Source: a virus. Taken from it: a stretch of DNA of 64,000 nt. How positions within the stretch are numbered: position 1 is the stretch's first letter; each line of letters starts with the position of its first letter. Of the stretch, positions 60,238-64,000 are shown piece by piece. The translations under genes and the position numbers were made by a program. The notes below the pieces were generated by a model. The model had not been told where the DNA came from and searched no databases. It saw only the letters and a list, made by a program, of their open reading frames with translations. The stretch covers positions 46,272 through 110,271 of the IMG/VR virus record IMGVR_UViG_3300021560_000013. The stretch is one strand, 5' to 3'.

Positions 60238-60672
60238 TCACTGGCCGTTCTCCCGGCTGATCTGCTCGCGGGCGTACTCGACGGCGGGCTCGTACCAGTC
60301 GATCTCGGGGTACACGTCGTCGTCGCCAACGTCGGCTAGGTCCACGGTCACGTCGGTGTCGTCCTCGGTGCCGGGCTGCCAGACGGTCATCTCGCGCCTG
60401 ACAGGTAGCCAGCCGACGAACAGGTTGTTGTCGGACAGGACCCGCTTGCGCGCCTGGCCGAGCAGAATCTTGCGCTCACCGGCGAGGCGGCGGATGCACG
60501 GGTCGCAGATGTTCAGTTCGAGGTAGGTCCCGTTCATCGGGTCGAAGATCGTGGATCCGTAGTGGCCCTGGGTCTCGAAGGCGGTGGCGGCGTACGGCGA
60601 GTTGATGTAGCTGTCGTCCATGTTCTCGATCTCGCGATCGCAGACGACGCAGGGAAGGGCGTTGCGTGGCAT
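60238..60672 (-). CDS. Hypothetical Cys-containing protein
   Basis: CVVC..GHYGST.FD..ICDPC; CCGACCGAGGAG RBS. Confidence 0.65.
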   Translation of the reverse strand: MPRNALPCVVCDREIENMDDSYINSPYAATAFETQGHYGSTIFDPMNGTYLELNICDPCIRRLAGERKILLGQARKRVLSDNNLFVGWLPVRREMTVWQPGTEDDTDVTVDLADVGDDDVYPEIDWYEPAVEYAREQISRENGQ

Positions 60673-60765
60673 GTGTGCTCCTCGGTCGGTCATTCGGTCT
60701 CACTCCTGTAGAAGGAGCGATAAGCCCGAATGTGTAAAACCGAGATTCGAGAAGATCTCCGCACC

Positions 60766-60784
60766 GAGCACGCGACGTGCGCTA
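60766..60784 (+). promoter_or_regulatory. 19-bp palindrome/-10 promoter, leaderless to ATG 60795
   Basis: GAGCACGCGACGTGCGCTA, -10 TAGGGT. Confidence 0.7.
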
Positions 60785-60794
60785 GGGTGAGCGC

Positions 60795-62218
60795 ATGACG
60801 AGAATCATCCTGACCCGCTACGACGACGGCGGCGAGCGCCTGGTCGTCGGCTGGGATCACCCGAGCAACGGCTGCTTCTATCAGGAGTTCAACCAGGGCG
60901 ACGACGAGCCCGAGGTGCTGCGCGACGGCGGCATGATGAACGGCATCCCGATCACCGCGCTGGTCGGCTCGATGCCCGACGACCTGAGCCCGTACGTGAC
61001 CGACGAGGTGCTGCACCTGCTGGGTGAGCACGCCGAGGATCCCGACTCCGGGTACAAGGGGCCGAACGCGCGCCCGGTGGATCTGACGCGGCGTGCCTAA
61101 CCCGACGGACGGCTCACCACAGGATCCCCGCTTCGTGGCGGCGGCGAAGCTGATCGGGCGCACCGGCGCTCGCAGCTTCCAGATCCGCTACTCCGACGAC
61201 GAGGAGCCGACTGTGTGGATGGCGGTCGGGGAGTGGTCGATCAGCAACGGGCGTCCTGTCGCGAACGGCGGCAAGCAGACGTTCGAGGCGGCAGCTGGCA
61301 TGGACCCGCTCACAGCGGTGCTGCGGCTGCTCGATCAGATGGTGGACGGCGGCATGTGTACGCACTGCAACCGGCCCACCGGGATCACCGACCACTGGCA
61401 GAGCGAGATGCCGATGAGCGACACGGTGTGCTGGTACACGTATGACCCGGAGCTTGAGGAGTACCGGCGATCTTGCGAGGGGGACACGGAAGCGCCGGTC
61501 GAACCAGAGCCGTCGAGCGAGAAGCTGGCGCAGGCACTGGAGGCGACGAACATCCCGACGCTGAAGATGCTTGCGGCCAGAGCGCGCCGGAACGAGTTCC
61601 ACGACTTCAAGGCTCCGCACGCGATGCCGCAGCATGTGCTCGTGGCCGAGCTACGGAAGATCGGTGGCCGCGCCGCGAACGACATCGCGCAGCGCGTCAT
61701 CGACGGCGAGTTCGACGCGACCAAGACCGAGTCGGACGCGTGGGCGGCATCGCCCGAGGGCCAGGCGACGATGAACGAGCTACTACGGAACCCACCTTCC
61801 GAGGGGGCTGCACAATGACGACCGTGACCACTGTGCGCGCGGTTGTCTGGGTCTGCCCGCGCTGCCACGGCTATTTCGCGTCGAGCAGCGCGGGCGATCT
61901 TCACCAGGCGATGAACACCGACCTGAAGGGCGACCCGACGTTCCCCCGCTCGCGCTGTCAGGTCTGCGGCGCTGACCGCCAGCCCCACAGCGTGGACATC
62001 GAGGTGCAGCCTTGACCGTCGAGACCGAGGCGTGCCGTCAGGAGATCCGGCGCATGTGGCTGTCCGGGGCTCGGCTGGAGGACATCTCGGCGGTTCTTGG
62101 TGTCGTCAGCGTCGGCTCGGTGATGTCGCGAATGAGGCAGGAGGGCTACGACCTGCCGTACCACAAGGAGCGGATGCGCCGTCTCCTCGACAGCTGGCCT
62201 GCGGAGCCGCGCGAATGA
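60795..62218 (+). other. Hypothetical genes 60795-61100, 61093-61818, 61815-62015 and small HTH 62012-62218
   Basis: Coupled ORFs; last has W..G.....I...LG HTH pattern. Confidence 0.6.
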
Positions 62219-62859
62219 TCACCCCGGCGCTCGTGCTTGACAGTCGTGAGCGGTGGCGACCCTGCGCCGTCGAGACGCTGGCGCAGGTTGGCGCGACGGT
62301 GAACGGCCAGCCGGTAGATCTGGCGAGCCTGCCGGTCGCTGGCGGGAAGATCGACATGCCGCGCGACATGGTCCAGCCCGAGGTGCCGCTCGTCGGCTAT
62401 CACCGCGTGAAGGACGCGGGCTCGCTGTGGTGGCACCAGTTCTGGTTCTGGTACCTGTTCAACCCGAAGAAGTACGCCGGGTTCGGTGAGCACGAGGGCG
62501 ACTGGGAGATGATCCAGCTGGGCTGCCGTGACCCGGAGGGCAACGTGCCGATCCTCGTGACGTTCAGCCAGCACGGCGGCGGCGAGCGGCGCGAGTTCTG
62601 GCGCTGCGAGCTTCTCCACGGCCACCCGAAGGTGTACGTCGCACGGGACAGCCACGCGAACTACTTCGGCCAGCACCAGGACGTGACCGATCAGGCCGAC
62701 GGGCACGGCGAGACGTTCACCGCGATCGAGTGGCGCGAGTTCGGGGGCTGGGCGGACTGGGCGGGGAAGTGGGGCAACTCGGAGAACAGCCCCGGCGGTC
62801 TGTCGGCCCGCCGGGCGTGGCAGGCCCCGCACGCGTACCACTCACAGGCGCGCGGCTGA
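62215..62859 (+). CDS. Vps62/NPP1-like domain protein
   Basis: QFWFWY.FN...HEGDWE...FSQH..G...VYVA..SHANY. Confidence 0.65.
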   Translation: MITPALVLDSRERWRPCAVETLAQVGATVNGQPVDLASLPVAGGKIDMPRDMVQPEVPLVGYHRVKDAGSLWWHQFWFWYLFNPKKYAGFGEHEGDWEMIQLGCRDPEGNVPILVTFSQHGGGERREFWRCELLHGHPKVYVARDSHANYFGQHQDVTDQADGHGETFTAIEWREFGGWADWAGKWGNSENSPGGLSARRAWQAPHAYHSQARG

Positions 62860-63240
62860 TGGCGAAGGTCTCTGAGCGCGACTACCTGCGCCTGGTGGCG
62901 CTCGGGCAGCTGATGGCGGCGAAGACCGCGCTCGTGCAGGCGCGCGACAGCCTGCACGCGATCCAGCACCCACGCGCGGAGAAGATCGGCGCGGCCACGG
63001 CGGTCGTGCTGCAGACCGTCTCGGAGATCCAGGAAGACGCGCAGGCGGGCCGGTGATGGACGAGTACACGCAGGATCTCTGCCAGCTGGCGCTGCAGGCC
63101 GCAGACCGGATCGCGACGGCGCTGGAGCGGATCGCTGCCGCTGTCGAACCCGCTCAGCAGGCGGTGCCCGCCGAGACGTACCGCGAGATGGCACCGCCGG
63201 ATCGCAAGCGCTCGGCGTACCACAATCCGCCGCCGGGCTG

Positions 63241-63666
63241 ATGCCGTACGCGGAGCGCACGCAGGTGCCGGTCTCGAAGTCCCGCACCGAGATCGAGAAG
63301 GCCCTGGCGAAGTACGGCGCTGACGCGTTCGGGTTCGGCTGGGAGGGCGACCGCTCGGTGATCCAGTTCCGCGCCGACGGGCGCTACGTCCGGTTCACTG
63401 TCCAGATGCCCAACCGGGAGCAGATGACGCAGGCGCGCTTCGAGCAGGCTGAGCGCCAGCGCTGGCGGGCGCTGCTGCTGGTCGTGAAGGCGAAGCTGGA
63501 GTCGGTCGAGGCGGGGATCGAGACGTTCGAGGAGGCTTTCCTAGCCCATGTCGTGATGCCGGACGGGACGGTCGTCAAGGAGTGGCTCGGGCCGCAGCTG
63601 GACGAGGCGTACTCGACCGGGCTGATGCCGAAGACGCTGCTGGCGCTGCCGCCGGGAGCCGACTGA
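63241..63666 (+). CDS. Conserved phage hypothetical protein
   Basis: YA..T.VP...SR.EI...L..YGA...RQRWR.L....KAKLE.V..GI..FEE.FL. Confidence 0.7.
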   Translation: MPYAERTQVPVSKSRTEIEKALAKYGADAFGFGWEGDRSVIQFRADGRYVRFTVQMPNREQMTQARFEQAERQRWRALLLVVKAKLESVEAGIETFEEAFLAHVVMPDGTVVKEWLGPQLDEAYSTGLMPKTLLALPPGAD

Positions 63667-64000
63667 TGCCGACGTTCGATCAGGACGGCAGGCAGGCGAG
63701 CGCGATCGAGATCTCGTTCCCCGAGGCGGTCACGATCACGCGCGTCGAGGTGCGCCACAGCGAGGTGACGTTCTTCGACGGCCCGAGGGAGATCCTGTCG
63801 GTCATCCGCAACACGTACCCCGGCGCTGGCCTGGCGGTCGAGCCCGCCGACGGCGTGGAGTTCGTGTGAGCCTCGGCGTCGATCACGGCTGGGCGCGGGT
63901 CGAGATGCCCGAGCACTTCATCGAGCAGTGGAACGCGATGAACGCGCCGGTGGATCCACCCGCTGCGTTCGAGCGCGGTGAGCTTCGCGCGCTGGTGGGC

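Noticed and set aside
1-64000. tRNA genes, integrase, capsid, alternative genetic code
   Set aside because: None recognised; TAG, TGA and TAA all behave as ordinary stops

Overview
A 64-kb segment of a high-GC tailed phage genome, probably a myovirus (XkdS/XkdT/XkdU-type baseplate). An Actinomycetota host is inferred from composition and -10-dominated or leaderless promoters. Gene order: tail fibre/baseplate genes (1-7.3 kb); Bet + PD-(D/E)XK recombination, primase-helicase and RusA (7.5-16 kb); small early-type genes; terminase small/large (22-24.6 kb); a ~10-kb block of small genes with a TopoVI-A-like gene and SSB; portal; a secreted collagen-like gene; three large MuF-linked multidomain proteins (39-47 kb); lysis cassette; then ~15 kb of small genes. 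No capsid, integrase, tRNA, rRNA or CRISPR array was recognised. Most notable: (1) a window-wide regulatory pattern, with >20 copies of a 19-bp palindrome (TAGCGCACG-N-CGTGTGCTA) usually fused to a -10 box, ~20 copies of an RBS motif CCCGACCGAGGAG, and one antisense copy of that motif in a putative sRNA at 7.36-7.44 kb that could silence all those genes; (2) head-associated polyproteins with enzyme domains (zincins, GNAT, CCA-adding enzyme, alarmone-hydrolase-like HD, glycosylase-like) punctuated by a repeated [LV]xE + HPRxRxGxW tag; (3) two lysins sharing a C-terminal tail next to a free two-blade lectin, suggesting a modular multi-subunit endolysin; (4) a ~345-nt structured ncRNA candidate. 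All family calls come from motif recognition by eye, with no database searches.
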